Below, piece by piece: positions 1 through 11,746 of a stretch of 64,000 bases of DNA. The stretch covers positions 306,156,001 through 306,220,000 of the forward strand of contig OZ024740.1 in the NCBI GenBank assembly GCA_964016885.1, in the 5' to 3' direction. This DNA is from Eledone cirrhosa. Lineage: Eukaryota. Numbering within the stretch: the first letter of the stretch is position 1; every line of letters starts with the position of its first letter. Both the position numbers and the translations under genes were made by a program. The notes under the pieces were generated by a model that was not told where the DNA came from, did no database searches, and worked only from the letters and a program-made list of their open reading frames with translations.

Positions 1-427
1 CTAGAATTTTCAAATCATTTTGAAAATAATCAAGAATTTGGAGAGATTTTGTATAACTTCATGGAACATTTGGAACATACCTTAAATGTTCTTATATAAA
101 ATTATGATGGAAGATTTTCATGTAAAACATTATAAAAAGTTTCATATTATAGAACCAGAGCTGGTTTCAGGAGGTTTGGCATGAAAAGGGTTAAAGATTG
201 ACATGTCTACTACACTACAAATCACCAGACTTAGCACTACTAAATTTAACCTCATAAGTTCTCCCACATCTTATCCTTTTCAATAGATATCCTCTGATAG
301 CATAACACTTTTTTACTTAAATATTAAACAGTATACACATGCCAGTAATGGGTCTTCTACAATGTCAGTCACTTGAATAGCAAATATATCAGTTAAATCA
401 CCATTACTAAATACTCTGCTATCTTAA

Positions 428-635
428 CCCTTCAGCATTTAAACCAGCTGTATCCAGCCAGAATTCTCTCACCTCTTTTTGTTCAAACCGGCCGTAACTG
501 GCCACTCATACTGATGTTAAGATATTGTTCTCAAAATGAATAATATCAAAATCTCATAGATTCGACAATATGTGAGATAAAGCCTTTATCGTGAAAATAC
601 AATAGTAAATATAGAGTAATGTAAATACTAAAGGG
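428..635. mobile_element. piggyBac-type MITE family C (~210 bp); other copies 9037-9238, 37273-37485, 38219-38531, 40949-41156, 41161-41347
   Basis: TTAA target duplication, TIR cccttt/cagcattta...taaat(g/a)ctaaaggg, same internal sequence in six copies. Confidence 0.85.
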
Positions 636-910
636 TTAAACAAAAAAGGAGATATGTGATTAACTAAGAGAAGTTGGCCTTAGGTAAAACACTGACCAAA
701 TAAAATTTAACTAAAACCAATATTCCACATCTTACAAAACATACCATACATAGTACTGTTTTTGAATAATCTTTAAACCTTTTGATACAAAGTTGCTCTT
801 GGTTTTACAATACAAACTGCTTGTTTTAAAGTGTTTATATTTATAAAAAAAACCTTCCATCATAATTTTATAAGAACCTTTGTAAAGTATGTTCTAAACA
901 CCAGCTTAAT

Positions 911-1084
911 AATTGTTTCTACTTTTGGCACAAGGTCAGCAATTACCCAGTGCATTACTGGTACTTTATTTTATTGACCCCCGTAAGGATGAAAGGCAAA
1001 GTTAACCTCGGTGTGATTTGAACGCAGAACGTAAAGGGCCATAACTATGCTGCAAAGCATGGTGTCTGACGCCCTACTGATACT
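911..1084 (-). mobile_element. tRNA-derived Meta-domain SINE inserted in a MITE
   Basis: B-box GTTCAAATC followed by gcctttcatccttacggggtc(g/a)ataaaataaagtaccag (Meta domain); 11-bp TSD accagcttaat at 900-910 and 1085-1095. Confidence 0.85.
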
Positions 1085-1885
1085 ACCAGCTTAATGAGAG
1101 TTAGTTATTTTCTACTAAACCCCCACCAAATTCTTGATTTTAAAAATGACTTGAAAACCAATGCTTTTCATTAGAAATGTGGTTATGAAAGGGTTTAATA
1201 AGCTCACTAAGGGAAGTGAATAAAAAAAGAAGTGGGATTAACACATCAAGTAAACTGAGTAATTATTCCTTCTAGAAGGAAAAACCATGTGTAGCATATG
1301 TAGGGAGTGGCAGTGATAACATGGATAAAGCTTTCAAAATGTCAGTGTGTATAGAAAGAAACATTTCTAATCTAATGTTCATGGTGCCAAAAATCTAATT
1401 ACAACAAATGCGAAATATAGCTAATTAAAAATAACCTCTGTTGTATTTCAACATTTTCTGAAGCATATATAATAGGGAGGCACATAGGTTGCAACATTAA
1501 ACTAAGACACTACTAACTAAAAGGTATTGAGTTCAACTATTTCTACAGCTAAAGGAAGGCACATTACTTGCCTCAACTTGATTGATGAGAGAATTCAAGG
1601 TTAGTTACAGTAATCTGTACAGCTCTTCCGCTTAACTCAGACAGCATGACAAACAGCAAGTGCCAATCCTACTTCATAGATAAAGGTTAGTGTTAGAGTT
1701 TAAACCTTGCTATAACTAAGCAAACCATGTTACTTGGCTTACCAAATTTAATTAGGTAGAAAATGGCATCATTTTAACTTCAGAATTAAGCTGTTAATGT
1801 CATCTAACTATTAATTTGCAAATATTCAAATTTATAAAAGACACCTTTAATTATAGCAAAATGAAAAATAATGAATGAACCAAAC

Positions 1886-2008
1886 CTGATAAGGAGGGTA
1901 CAGAATGAACTTCTCTTGGTTGGAGGGAAAATTTATTCTGTCCCTGACTAGGTGTACCCAACACATTTGACCTGGGTGGACTATCAATAATGATTTCTCT
2001 TCCGTGAT
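1886..2008 (-). CDS. ex: Expanded/FRMD6-like coding exon 10 (DHGREIIIDSPPRSNVLGTPSQ...); gene probably continues beyond window start
   Basis: ttacag| acceptor, CAG|gtttgg donor; 123 nt, phase 1 to 1; EIIIDSPP resembles the EIMINTPP segment after the Ex degron. Confidence 0.8.
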
Positions 2009-2268
2009 CTGTAACAATGAAACAGAAATTTCACAACAACCAAAATACAAAAGGTTACAGCAATCAAATCTTCTTCAACCCAATCCATAAATAACAATGG
2101 TGCCAAAAGAACTTGAAAAACTCTTGGACAAACATACATAAATCAACCACAGTAATTACAACCTTCACTACAGCAGAAATAACACCAACATGTAAAGTAA
2201 ACACAACAGCTTATACTACACACACACAATAATATGGAGACAAAAGAAAATGTTAAACATGTTCTTAC

Positions 2269-2475
2269 CTTCATTTTCGTCAAAACTTACTGGAACCTTG
2301 TCACTAACAATGCCTGATGTGGTGTTTGAACTAGCATCACTGACAACTGAGCAACGTTGCACAACCCCAGTAGTACCCCTTCCTGTTCCAGATGTTGTAT
2401 TCCATACCAAACCACCGTTAACTACCATATCACGTGCATCACTATAGATATATGATTCACGATATCTTCGTTTAT
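2269..2475 (-). CDS. ex: Expanded/FRMD6-like coding exon 9 (DKRRYRESYIYSD...SSNTTSGIVSDKVPVSFDENE)
   Basis: tttcag| acceptor, G|gtaaga donor; 207 nt, phase 1 to 1; YRESYI is shared with FRMD6 and SNTTSGIVSD with insect Expanded. Confidence 0.95.
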
Positions 2476-2640
2476 CTGAAAGCAAGACAAATGTTTATAG
2501 TGTGTGTGTGCATGTGTATGTATATATAGATAGATAGTCACAGAGATTGATATTTTCATTCTTAAACATCTCTGAACAGCTTTTAAGAACCATTCAATCA
2601 AATTATCTTCTCATTGCCAACAAGACTAGAAATATGAGTG

Positions 2641-4005
2641 TCATCATCATCATCTGCGTTTAACGTCCATTTTCCACGCTAGCATGGGTTAGACGGGAGT
2701 TGTCCCACTTGAGGCAAGGTTGGTCGGGTGACCGTGTCTCGTTCATATAGGACTATCTGGTAGGTTTTATACGGCTGCATGCCTTCCTAACACCAACCAC
2801 ATTTACAGTGTGGAACTGGGAACTTTTTACTGTGTTACCTACATGGCCACATTACAGCGTGGACTGTGTGTGTTTTTTGTCATGACACCTACACGATCTC
2901 GATCTCATTATCTCGTGCTGTTGGTGGGAGTGGGAGTATAGGCTAGAGGTAGTGGATTGGGGTGTATATTTGGTTAAGCGGTGCCTACTGACCGTAGGTT
3001 TTGTTTTGTACATAGACAAGGCGGGTCTTCTGTATTACTGCATAGCGCCAAAGATCTCGGTCCAGAGACATTGTCTTAGAGAGATGTAAGTGTGTAAGGT
3101 CGGAATTTATCAGATCATTCCAGGTTTTTCTGGGTCTACCTACTTCATAACTACCATCAACTTTGATCGCCCTGCACTTTTTTATGCAGCTGTCGTCTTT
3201 CATGCACATCATGTGACCATACCAACGTAGTCTTCTCTCAAGTAAACAGCATCTGATCCCTCTTATTCCTAATTTCTCAGTTCATTTATGCTTTGCCGTT
3301 CACGTATATTACTATTACACATCCAACGGAGCATGCATGCTTCATTCCTTTCCAGTCTACGCAGGTCCTCTGCACGTAATGCCCATGTCTCACTGCCATG
3401 TAGCATTGCTGTTCGTATACAGGCATCATACAATCTGCCTTTCATTTTTAGAGAGAAACCTTTTGTGGCCAATAGTGGTAAGCTCTCTGAACTTTTTCCA
3501 TCCCGTTCTGACTCTGGCTACTGTACTTTCAGAACACCCTCCACCACTGCTGATTTCGTAACCCAGGTAACGGAAAGTGTCTACTATTTCTATAGAACCA
3601 TCTGGGCAATAGAAAGAGCTAGTATCCTTTGGACACTTGCTACTTATTGCACCTGAGCATTGGCCACATATAAAGTCTACGTTCTTAGATAGTTTAACTG
3701 TGATCCCACTACATCTTTTATGTACCCATACTTTGCATTTGGGACATAAGATGGAATTTCTGCCTACTCCTTTCCTACACACTGAGCATGGCCATTTCCC
3801 TGAGAGCACCAACTAGAACTTTAGTCTTAGACAAGTTAACTTTAAGGCCTTTTGATTCTAGGCCATGCTTCCATGTTTCGAATTTCTTCTCTAGTTCAGC
3901 CATTGATTCAGCTATGAGCGTTAGATCATGTGCGTATAGGTGTTCCCATGGGCAGCCGGTCTTGAACTCCTCTGTTATAGCCTGAAGGGCAATAATAAAT
4001 AAGAG
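2641..4005 (-). mobile_element. 5'-truncated, frameshifted RTE-clade LINE (RT C-terminal half, PHD-like finger, 3' UTR ending in (GAT)n)
   Basis: ORF pieces [54 protein letters not shown]; homologous to 50321-52093 and 58456-59830. Confidence 0.95.
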
Positions 4006-4960
4006 GTGGTACAATTAAATACAAGAAAGAGAAAGAGGAGTATGCAGCCTCATCATTGCTGCCAACAAAGTTGGTTTTAGGAGGTGCAGAGCCTAATTAG
4101 GTGTTATATATACATTGAAATATGTTGTGTGTATTTGACAAGTCAAGAGTAGATAACTCTAGCATGGAGCCTACTTAAGCACAGAGTCCAACTGAGAGCA
4201 ATTGATCTAATTGGCTGACGTCTAGCCCTGGCTGCCATTATTGTCTTTTGAATATGCTCTTAGAAGACAAACTCTTTTTCTGTGTTTTCTAAGAGGTTAT
4301 TGAGCAATTTAAGATCCTTCTAACTCAGTTTTGTTTTAATTTCATTTTGAAACATTTCTGCCATAAATCCATGAGGGTCCTGTGTGTTTGTTGAAAGATA
4401 TAGTGTGTTGGTTTATTTTAAGCAACATGTTTATTTAAATTGTGTTTTGAAGTCAATGCAGTTGTGCATTGTACAAAGCAATGTTAGAAAATATCTAAAT
4501 GGGTTTGTTAATTCAAATGTTAGTATCTTACCTATTGTAATATTAGTGTAAGTACTTTAATTTTTAATGATACAGACATAGTTGTGTTTTATACTTTTTC
4601 AAGAATGTCTTTGTTAATGCAGTTTGATGTGGTACAGGACGTTAAGAGTTAATAAACAATTTTACCTAACTGCAATTGGTAGGTATTTCACAACTGATGG
4701 TAATAGGAAAACTGAATAAATATTCCCTAGCTTGCAGTGCTGAGCTAGGGAATATTTATTCAGTGTGTGTAAAACCTGCACCAGACTGACATACTATCAC
4801 CAGAGAATAGAGATTTTCTACCAGATAGCTATTTAAAAACTGCTAGAAATTATTAAGACCTTTCTATAAAGACAATTGATGTAGAGAAAACATTTTTTTA
4901 TTTATTTAATCCCGAAGAGCAGAACTAATTCAATCAATGTCTGATTGAATAGATACTTAC

Positions 4961-5132
4961 CTTCTGCTTGCAAGTGTCGTATTTCCATCAATTTTGGCTC
5001 GAGTTCCAAATGGAACATATGAGTATTACGACATATGGACAGAATATATTTAGATTTGGCATCACTGTCAGTATAGTAAGTGAACTTGCGTCCTTCTGGT
5101 TTACCAACTGAACGAATTTCAAACTTCTTTTT
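4961..5132 (-). CDS. ex: Expanded/FRMD6-like coding exon 8 (KKKFEIRSVGKPEGRKFTYYTDS...PKLMEIRHLQAE)
   Basis: tatag| acceptor, G|gtaagt donor; 172 nt, phase 0 to 1; KKFEI...RK..YYT as in the FRMD6/Ex F3 lobe. Confidence 0.96.
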
Positions 5133-5360
5133 CTATAAAAATCAACAAAAAATTAGAAAAATTACGTCAAAATTTAGACAATGTAGAGAATGAACAATGT
5201 TTGTTTCATTGTTGAATAAACTAAATAACAAAAACTGATACATTAAACTGCTGGTCAGTCTATGTTTTATAACATGTTACTGGTGTTGTAATGCCCCTAA
5301 CAAAACACTTTGGATGACTACTGTGTTGTAAATAACTACTATGGAGAGGTAGAGTATAAT

Positions 5361-5362
<2 letters not shown>

Positions 5363-5437
<75 letters not shown>
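5363..5437. repeat. (TA)n microsatellite
   Basis: pure TA tract. Confidence 0.99.
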
Positions 5438-5439
<2 letters not shown>

Positions 5440-5702
5440 CAGAAAAAGATGGATAATGTTTAGACATTTGCAGTCTTTCCTTCCGCAACGGATTAGATTG
5501 ATGTGGTTGATATCTAGTTTGAACATCTGTAGGTTGATGTCTGCAGGAAAAATGTGGATGGCAAGGAAGTATTTGGAAAAATCATTTAGTATGAGAAGTG
5601 AGACAGCATAAAGTGGTTGGAAAAACGATGGGTGCACCTGGGTGGAAAGGGTTTACAGTTAGCTAGTTCAGAGGAGCAAATAATTGATTAGCACTTTTTT
5701 AA

Positions 5703-5930
5703 CCCTTTCATGACTGCATTTCTAATGAAATACACTCTATTTTAATTAATTAATGAAGAATTTTGAAGAATTTACTAAAATTAATCATTTCATTACTAAG
5801 ATAGTAACTTAATGTAATTTCCAATATAAAATTATGTTAACAGTTTTTAATTTAAATTGAAAACCTTTAAAATGGGTGGGGTTTTTTCATAGAATCAGAG
5901 CTGGTTTGGGCCAGATTGGTAACTAAAGGG
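5703..5930. mobile_element. piggyBac-type MITE family E (~230 bp); other copies 1-190, 777-1193, 14529-14706, 15294-15526, 34145-34366, 36258-36660, 38178-38704, partial at 40195 and 52815
   Basis: TTAA-CCCTTT...AAAGGG-TTAA ends; shared agaaccagagctggtt...ttggtaac interior. Confidence 0.8.
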
Positions 5931-6133
5931 TTAAAATCTTCCCATGGTGTACTGAAGAGGAAATGAGACATTACTACCACTACCATTGTTGTTGAGGATG
6001 GTGAAGCAGTAGAAATAGTGAAGTATTAGACTCTCAGAATAATGGGTGAGTGATCTTACAGCTACATGAAAGAATGTCAATATTAGAATATTTGAAGTAC
6101 TGGAAAGTTACCAAGGACAGATATATCACATGA

Positions 6134-6553
6134 TCTTCATCGCCCACATATTCCTTAGAGGGCTGTGGGGGCAGAGTCCTCAAACACTCCTTCCAATGGA
6201 TACTGTCAGAAGCAACCGTCTCTGACTGATCTGGCTGAGCTCATGGATGTTTTCCAACCATCCTGCTCGGGATCTACCCCTGGGTCTCCTGCCAATTGGT
6301 TTTGCTCGTAAAATCTACCCAGTGATTCTTTCCTGGGACATTCTAACCATATGTCCATAGTCTTGGAGGTGTGATCTCTCAATTCAAAGAAGTAGCAGCT
6401 CTACCTGAACTCCAAGCTACGCACTATTGAGTAACGTTACTCCAAGGACCCTTTGGAGGAACCCATTTCGGCAGCTTGTATTCGCAATCGTATTCTTTCA
6501 GTCATTACTCAAAATTCATGATCATAGGTAAGGGTTGGCATGACTACCGACCC
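6134..6553 (-). mobile_element. 3' fragment of a second RTE family (Expander/Rex3-like); shorter copies 25575-25770 (-) and 42030-42225 (+)
   Basis: minus-strand translation gives PTLTYDHE..VMTERIRLRIQAAEM...YGHMVRM...GRRPRGR..W. Confidence 0.8.
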
Positions 6554-6710
6554 GTAGGGAGCAAACCTTTAACATAATTCAGTGGCAAAATTTGTAACAA
6601 TAAGAACAATATAATCAAGAAGATTAAAGAATTATTAAATTGATGCTATACATTTTCAGTTGTAACAGTAAATAGTTACAGTACATTGAAGTGATAAATA
6701 ATATACTTAC

Positions 6711-6782
6711 ATCGAAATATAACTTTTCTATGTCTGGCCACAGAAATGTTGAGAGAAGACTTTTGAAGTCTTCAGTCATTTC
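6711..6782 (-). CDS. ex: Expanded/FRMD6-like coding exon 7 (EMTEDFKSLLSTFLWPDIEKLYFD)
   Basis: tttcag| acceptor, GAT|gtaagt donor; 72 nt; F3 FxWxxIxKL motif. Confidence 0.95.
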
Positions 6783-7152
6783 CTGAAATACAAAATAGAA
6801 AAATGAAACAACAGTTCACAACAGTCATTCAGTATTATCTCTGTTATAATAACCATTATACACAGATTGATACATGTGCATACAAACAAACACATCATCA
6901 TTGTTGTTTTAACATCTGCTTTCAGTGCTAGCAAGAGCTGGACGGGTCTACATAGACCGAGTCACCGATCTCCCAGGCAGGCAGGCCAGGGATCAGTGTC
7001 TCGCTTTATGTACGGTCGATGCTCCACTGAGTGGACAGGAGAGGTTGTCATGTCTCTGACACAACTGAGGGTCTTCCAACCCTTTTGTTTGGCAAGATTT
7101 CTATGGCTGGATGCCCTTCCTATCACCAACCACCTATGACAAACAACACACA

Positions 7153-7400
7153 CATCATCATCATCATCGTTTAACGTCCGTGTTCCACGCTTGCATGGGT
7201 TTGGACGGGAGTTTTCCCACTTGAGGCAAGAGTGATTGTCTTGTTCGCATAGGACTGTCTGGCGGGTTTTCTACAGCTGGATGCCCTTCCTAACACCAAC
7301 CACATTTACAGTGTGGGCTGGGAGGTTTTTACCGTGTTGCCTACACGGCCACATTACAGCGTGGACTGTGTGTTTTTTTGTCGTGACACCTACACGATCA
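7153..7400 (-). mobile_element. Isolated RTE 3'-UTR/SINE tail copy; similar pieces at 6894-7140, 14853-14990, 41840-42025 (+), 44100-44295, 56654-56717, 58128-58180
   Basis: near-identical to the 3' UTR of the RTE at 58456-58720, with ggatgcccttcctaacaccaacc and a (CAT)n end on the + strand. Confidence 0.85.
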
Positions 7401-7575
7401 CATATACACATTAAAAACATAGGAAGGTCTATGATATATCTCTCCTCTCATCCCATCATTTGATTAGAAGAAATATTTAACCTAACATATCCTCTGCAGT
7501 CACAGCCCAAGTTTCACTACCATGACACTAAAAAAAAAAATGTACAGACACAAAATGTTAAAAAAAGGAACTTAC

Positions 7576-7800
7576 CTCATAAATCTCTACCCCCTTTGGA
7601 CATATACCCAGCCATGCATTCCAAATTTTGTCTGTTTTCTTCTTCTTTAAACGATAGAAATGTAAATTATGAGCAGCAGGATATTTTATAGACTCTCGGA
7701 TAAATTTCAGTTCTGCTTCATTCCTTGTGACATCATGTTGTTCTTTATGCATCTTGGGAGCATTTTCAATTAGATATTCTCTACCATGTTCCCCAACCAT
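7576..7800 (-). CDS. ex: Expanded/FRMD6-like coding exon 6 (MVGEHGREYLIENAPKMHKEQ...WLGICPKGVEIYE)
   Basis: gtag| acceptor, GAG|gtaagt donor; 225 nt, phase 0 to 0; F2/F3 junction. Confidence 0.97.
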
Positions 7801-8319
7801 CTACAACACAATACACAATAATAAGAAGAGGTGCATGATAGTCAATGTAATAGTCAGAAACAAAATAAGTTTTATAGTGTTTATCAATCATAATTAATGT
7901 GCTATGATTTATTATATTTCCTACATTAACACTCCTGGGAGTGAGATATAGCTTCCTATATTCCTAACACATCACACAAAAATGAGGTTTGGTTTACAAT
8001 ATTCCTAACACATCACCAGCAATATACTAGAGCCGACTCAATTGACTATATTATCATTGTCAAGGGATCAGCAGGCACTGTCTCAAAGAGGAATCTTTCT
8101 CTCTAGCTATTTTTATACTAGATAAAAGAGAGGATTGACCTCTTCAAGATCATATATTTTTACCTTTTTCAGATTTTTCTTAAACTCTTTCTCTTAGCTT
8201 GTGTTTCATAAAAATGGGTCTGACTTTTCTTTTTTTTTTTTTTTTTAAATAATCATAGAAAGGCTTCATTTTAGAAGGGTTAAAAAAGATCCAGAAGACA
8301 ATAAAAGATAAAAACCTAC

Positions 8320-8509
8320 CCAGGCAGGGAAATATTTTCGGGGATCAAAATAGTCTCCAGATTTGTGCTTTTCTGGATAGTAGTTACCAAAATCAGCCTG
8401 CAGAGCAAAAGCTGCCAACTGGAAACAACGTTCCTTACTGCAGAGGTGCCGATATTTCAAAACATTCTCTTTCAATTGTAGGTAGTACAAATGTCTAGTT
8501 ACTTTTTCC
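8320..8509 (-). CDS. ex: Expanded/FRMD6-like coding exon 5 (EKVTRHLYYLQLKENVL...LAAFALQADFGNY...YFPAW)
   Basis: ttcag| acceptor, TGG|gtaggt donor; 190 nt, phase 2 to 0; FERM F2 lobe LAAFALQADxG motif. Confidence 0.97.
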
Positions 8510-8539
8510 CTGAAGAAAAATAAAATAAACATCAGAATA

Positions 8540-8725
8540 TAGTAGCATGTGTAACATAGAATGTAATGTGACATTGACTGTAGCAAGAGGTGACATGGAA
8601 TGTAACAAGACATGTATGTAACATGGAATATAGTAAGGCATGTGACATACAATATAAGACGTATGTAAGATGGAATGTAACAAGGCATGTGATATGGGAT
8701 ATAATAGAATATGTAGCATGGAATT
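8540..8725. repeat. Degenerate ~24-28 bp minisatellite (catgtgacatggaatgtaacaagg-like)
   Basis: about 7 diverged units visible just outside exon 5. Confidence 0.7.
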
Positions 8726-9521
8726 AATACACTAATATGATATAATTTAGAGAGCTTTGTTTATACAAAAAGAGTTAGAAACATGACTGTATTATAGATG
8801 GACATAATTGTTTCTACTTTAGGCACAAGGCCAGCAATTACCCAGTGCATTACTGGTATGGACATAATGTATGGTAGTTAAAAGATAAGGTTTGACTAGA
8901 TACTTTAACAAGCCACTTGTCTCATTGCTGAAAGTAGCCAGATTTCACCACAATTTTTTGGCAGACAAATCTTCTCGCATCTTTTACCAGAAAAAAATCT
9001 CCATATTTTAAACCATATACTAGGTCACAATATTAACCCTTTAGCATTTACATTACTCTATATTTACTATTGCATTTTCACGGTAAAGGCTTTATCTCAC
9101 ATAATATTGAATCTATGAGATTTTGATATTTATTTTAAGAACAATACCATATCAGTATAAGTGGCTGGTTACGGCCGGTTTGAAGAGAAAGAGGTGAGAG
9201 AATTCTTGCTGCATACGGCCAGTTTAAATGATAAAGGGCTAAAGACCCCCAATCTCTGTCCACAATATTAGCAAACTGTGATGGGTAAAAATTACATAAC
9301 CTTTCCTTCAGTTTCACTATACTAGCATAGTCTCTACAATACAACTAGTAGATAGCATAAGTAGAGAGTACAGGAGATTTATTCTATTCCAAATTATTAA
9401 TATCATTAGCCAGACAAAAAGGACATATTCATCATCACCACCACCATCATCATCATTTAACATGTTTTCTTTTAGCATAAACATAATCATTTAGTAATGT
9501 TTAATATCCAATGTATCTTAC

Positions 9522-9601
9522 CTTAATAAGCAAACTTCATCAACATAAAATTGTACACGAAAATAGACAATTAACAGAGGCTTGCCTTTGCTATCAAAAC
9601 C
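9522..9601 (-). CDS. ex: Expanded/FRMD6-like coding exon 4 (GFDSKGKPLLIVYFRVQFYVDEVCLLR)
   Basis: tttcag| acceptor, AG|gtaaga donor; 80 nt, phase 0 to 2; FERM FRVQFY motif. Confidence 0.95.
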
Positions 9602-10634
9602 CTGAAATTAAAATAAAAAGCAACTGATTTAAGAACAAATAAACACAAAAAGACCAACAAAAATTAGTCCGTCAAATCTCAGCCCAGCATAAACAAATGA
9701 TAAGTTTACTTTCCTACAACCAGTCATATACAACTGCCTTAGTTTCTCACAATGAGTTTGGAAAATCAAAGAAAATCATTAATACAGAGTATATCAAAAA
9801 GAATCATCTGATTTTATTTACAATTTTTACAAATGCTCAATATGTAAATAACTTTATATAAATTAAAAAAGTTATAAAAAAAAGAATGTTCAGACATGAA
9901 TTGTACAAGTTACCGCATGTTTATATGGTCATTTGCTTTTAAAATATGAGCTTTTGGATACACTATGTACATAATGAGATCTGATGGTACTGTCTCTTCA
10001 CTTTCATCACTTCAGATGAAAGTGAAAAGACAAAGATATAAGTTTTGTACTAATCTTTTTATCCAAATCTACCACCAAAACATCTCAATTAACCATATCA
10101 ATCTGGGGAGGTTACTGCCCCTTTTTTTATTTTACTCAACCATAAACACATACACATAAATTTATTCATTCTAGCCATCCCAATTCCACCTACCAACAGA
10201 CCAATTACACTACTTTCAAACCACTGCAGCACTGGCTTTCATGGAGATTGAACCAACAACAGACATGTTTTAATTCTAGCTGATGAGATCAAGAGATTTC
10301 CAGCTACATTTAATGATTTCTTGGGATCACATATATACTGAGTTAAAGTTTCCCCCAATATGCCTGATCAGCATTTAAAAATTGATTCTTTTTCTTATAC
10401 ATTTTTTTTTTTACTCTCAATAACACTTTTCGTATACATTTGTTTTCTTTGCCGTTCTCAAAAGACACTTTGTATACATATACATACGTTTCCAGGCAGA
10501 AGTGAGGAGCCCTTTATGTACTAAGAAGAATTGATGGTACCTGTTAAGAAGGCAGTGGTATTTGTAGTTTCTTAACAGGTACCATAAAAGTAACAGCGAC
10601 TTAGATATAATCTAAAAAGTCAATCATTGCTTAC

Positions 10635-10714
10635 CTCCCCTTGTCCAGACTTCCATCCTTTAGTAGCTTGCTTGTGGATTTTTTCATCCAAGTTAACAAA
10701 GTGATGTTCGCCGT
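10635..10714 (-). CDS. ex: Expanded/FRMD6-like coding exon 3 (DGEHHFVNLDEKIHKQATKGWKSGQGE)
   Basis: ttttag| acceptor, GAG|gtaagc donor; 80 nt, phase 1 to 0; matches the FRMD6-type EHxY..L..K...K.WK segment. Confidence 0.92.
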
Positions 10715-11009
10715 CTAAAAAGGCAAAAGAAATACCGTGAAATTATAAACCTATATACAATATATTTAAAACATATGTACGCAAGCGTATACATAGCATT
10801 AAACAAACAAACATATACGCACACACTTCTAGATAATTCCAGTGTGATATAAGGTTTTGTTCTACTGTGTGTACTTTATTCTTCAAAGATTAATTCTTGA
10901 CCAAAATCTCACCTGTATATATATGAGTGATCATCATTGTTTTAATGTCACCTCATCTCATGCTGTCATATATTATTAGGTGGTTTTGTTGTTCAGCAAT
11001 AAATTATAT

Positions 11010-11383
11010 ATAATAATAATTGTTTCTACTTTTGGCACAAGGCCAGCAATTACCCAGTACATTACTGGTACTTTATTTTATCGACCCCGTAAGGATGAAA
11101 GGCAAAGTTGACCTCGGCGGGATTTGAACTAGGAATGGAAAGGACCGTAACTCTATGCGTCAAAGCATGGCGTCCGACCCTCTACCGATAATAATAATAA
11201 TTGTTTCTATTTTAGGCACAAGGCCAGCAAATACCCAGTACATTACTAGTACTTTATTTTATCGACCCCGTAAGGATGAAAGGCAAAGTTAACCTCGGCG
11301 GGATTTGAACTCATATCATAAAGGGACGTAACTCTATGTTTCAAAGCATGGTGTCCGACTCTCTACCGATACTGCCAATCCAC
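11010..11383 (-). mobile_element. Two tandem Meta-domain SINEs; further copies 11888-12097, 14038-14348, 26935-27050, 38248-38362 (+), 39484-39608 (+, 15-bp TSD attatcactaaattg), 40447-40627, 47103-47283 (+), 47510-47670, 52514-52640, 54189-54405
   Basis: A-box TGGCAGTATCGGTAGAG, B-box GTTCAAATCCC, Meta domain, (ATT)n tail. Confidence 0.9.
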
Positions 11384-11746
11384 ATAATAACAAAACATAC
11401 ACACACGCAAGAGAAAACTCATAGCTAAATGCTGTCAAAGATATCGATGGGTAAAAATACCTCAGAGACCAACAATCAGTGGTCAACAGAGAGACAATCC
11501 ACAAGGTGGCTGACAGGCAAGTGAAATATAGAAAAGATTGAAAGGGGAGGAGGACAAGAAGAAGTGTGTTGGCACATAGAAATGACTGGAAGAAGGATAT
11601 AAAGAAAGGCGATGTACAAGACAAGTTTAAACACACACATCTTCACCCTCATCAGTTCTCAAACCAGCAAAATGGTTTCGCACAATATATATAGTATTAA
11701 TTAGATCGGGGGCCATATGCGATTGTATTTAGGTTTATTATAATCT

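Noticed and set aside
1560-1680. Possible further ex exon with a GC donor
   Set aside because: The candidate acceptors I tested give stops in the required phase.
4010-4700. Possible solo LTR (AATAAA followed by ...CA and a PBS-like tggta)
   Set aside because: No second LTR, TSD or clear PBS could be identified.
11645-11685. Type II hammerhead arrangement (GAAACCA...UGGUU...CUGAUGA) on the minus strand
   Set aside because: Stems I and II have only one base pair each.
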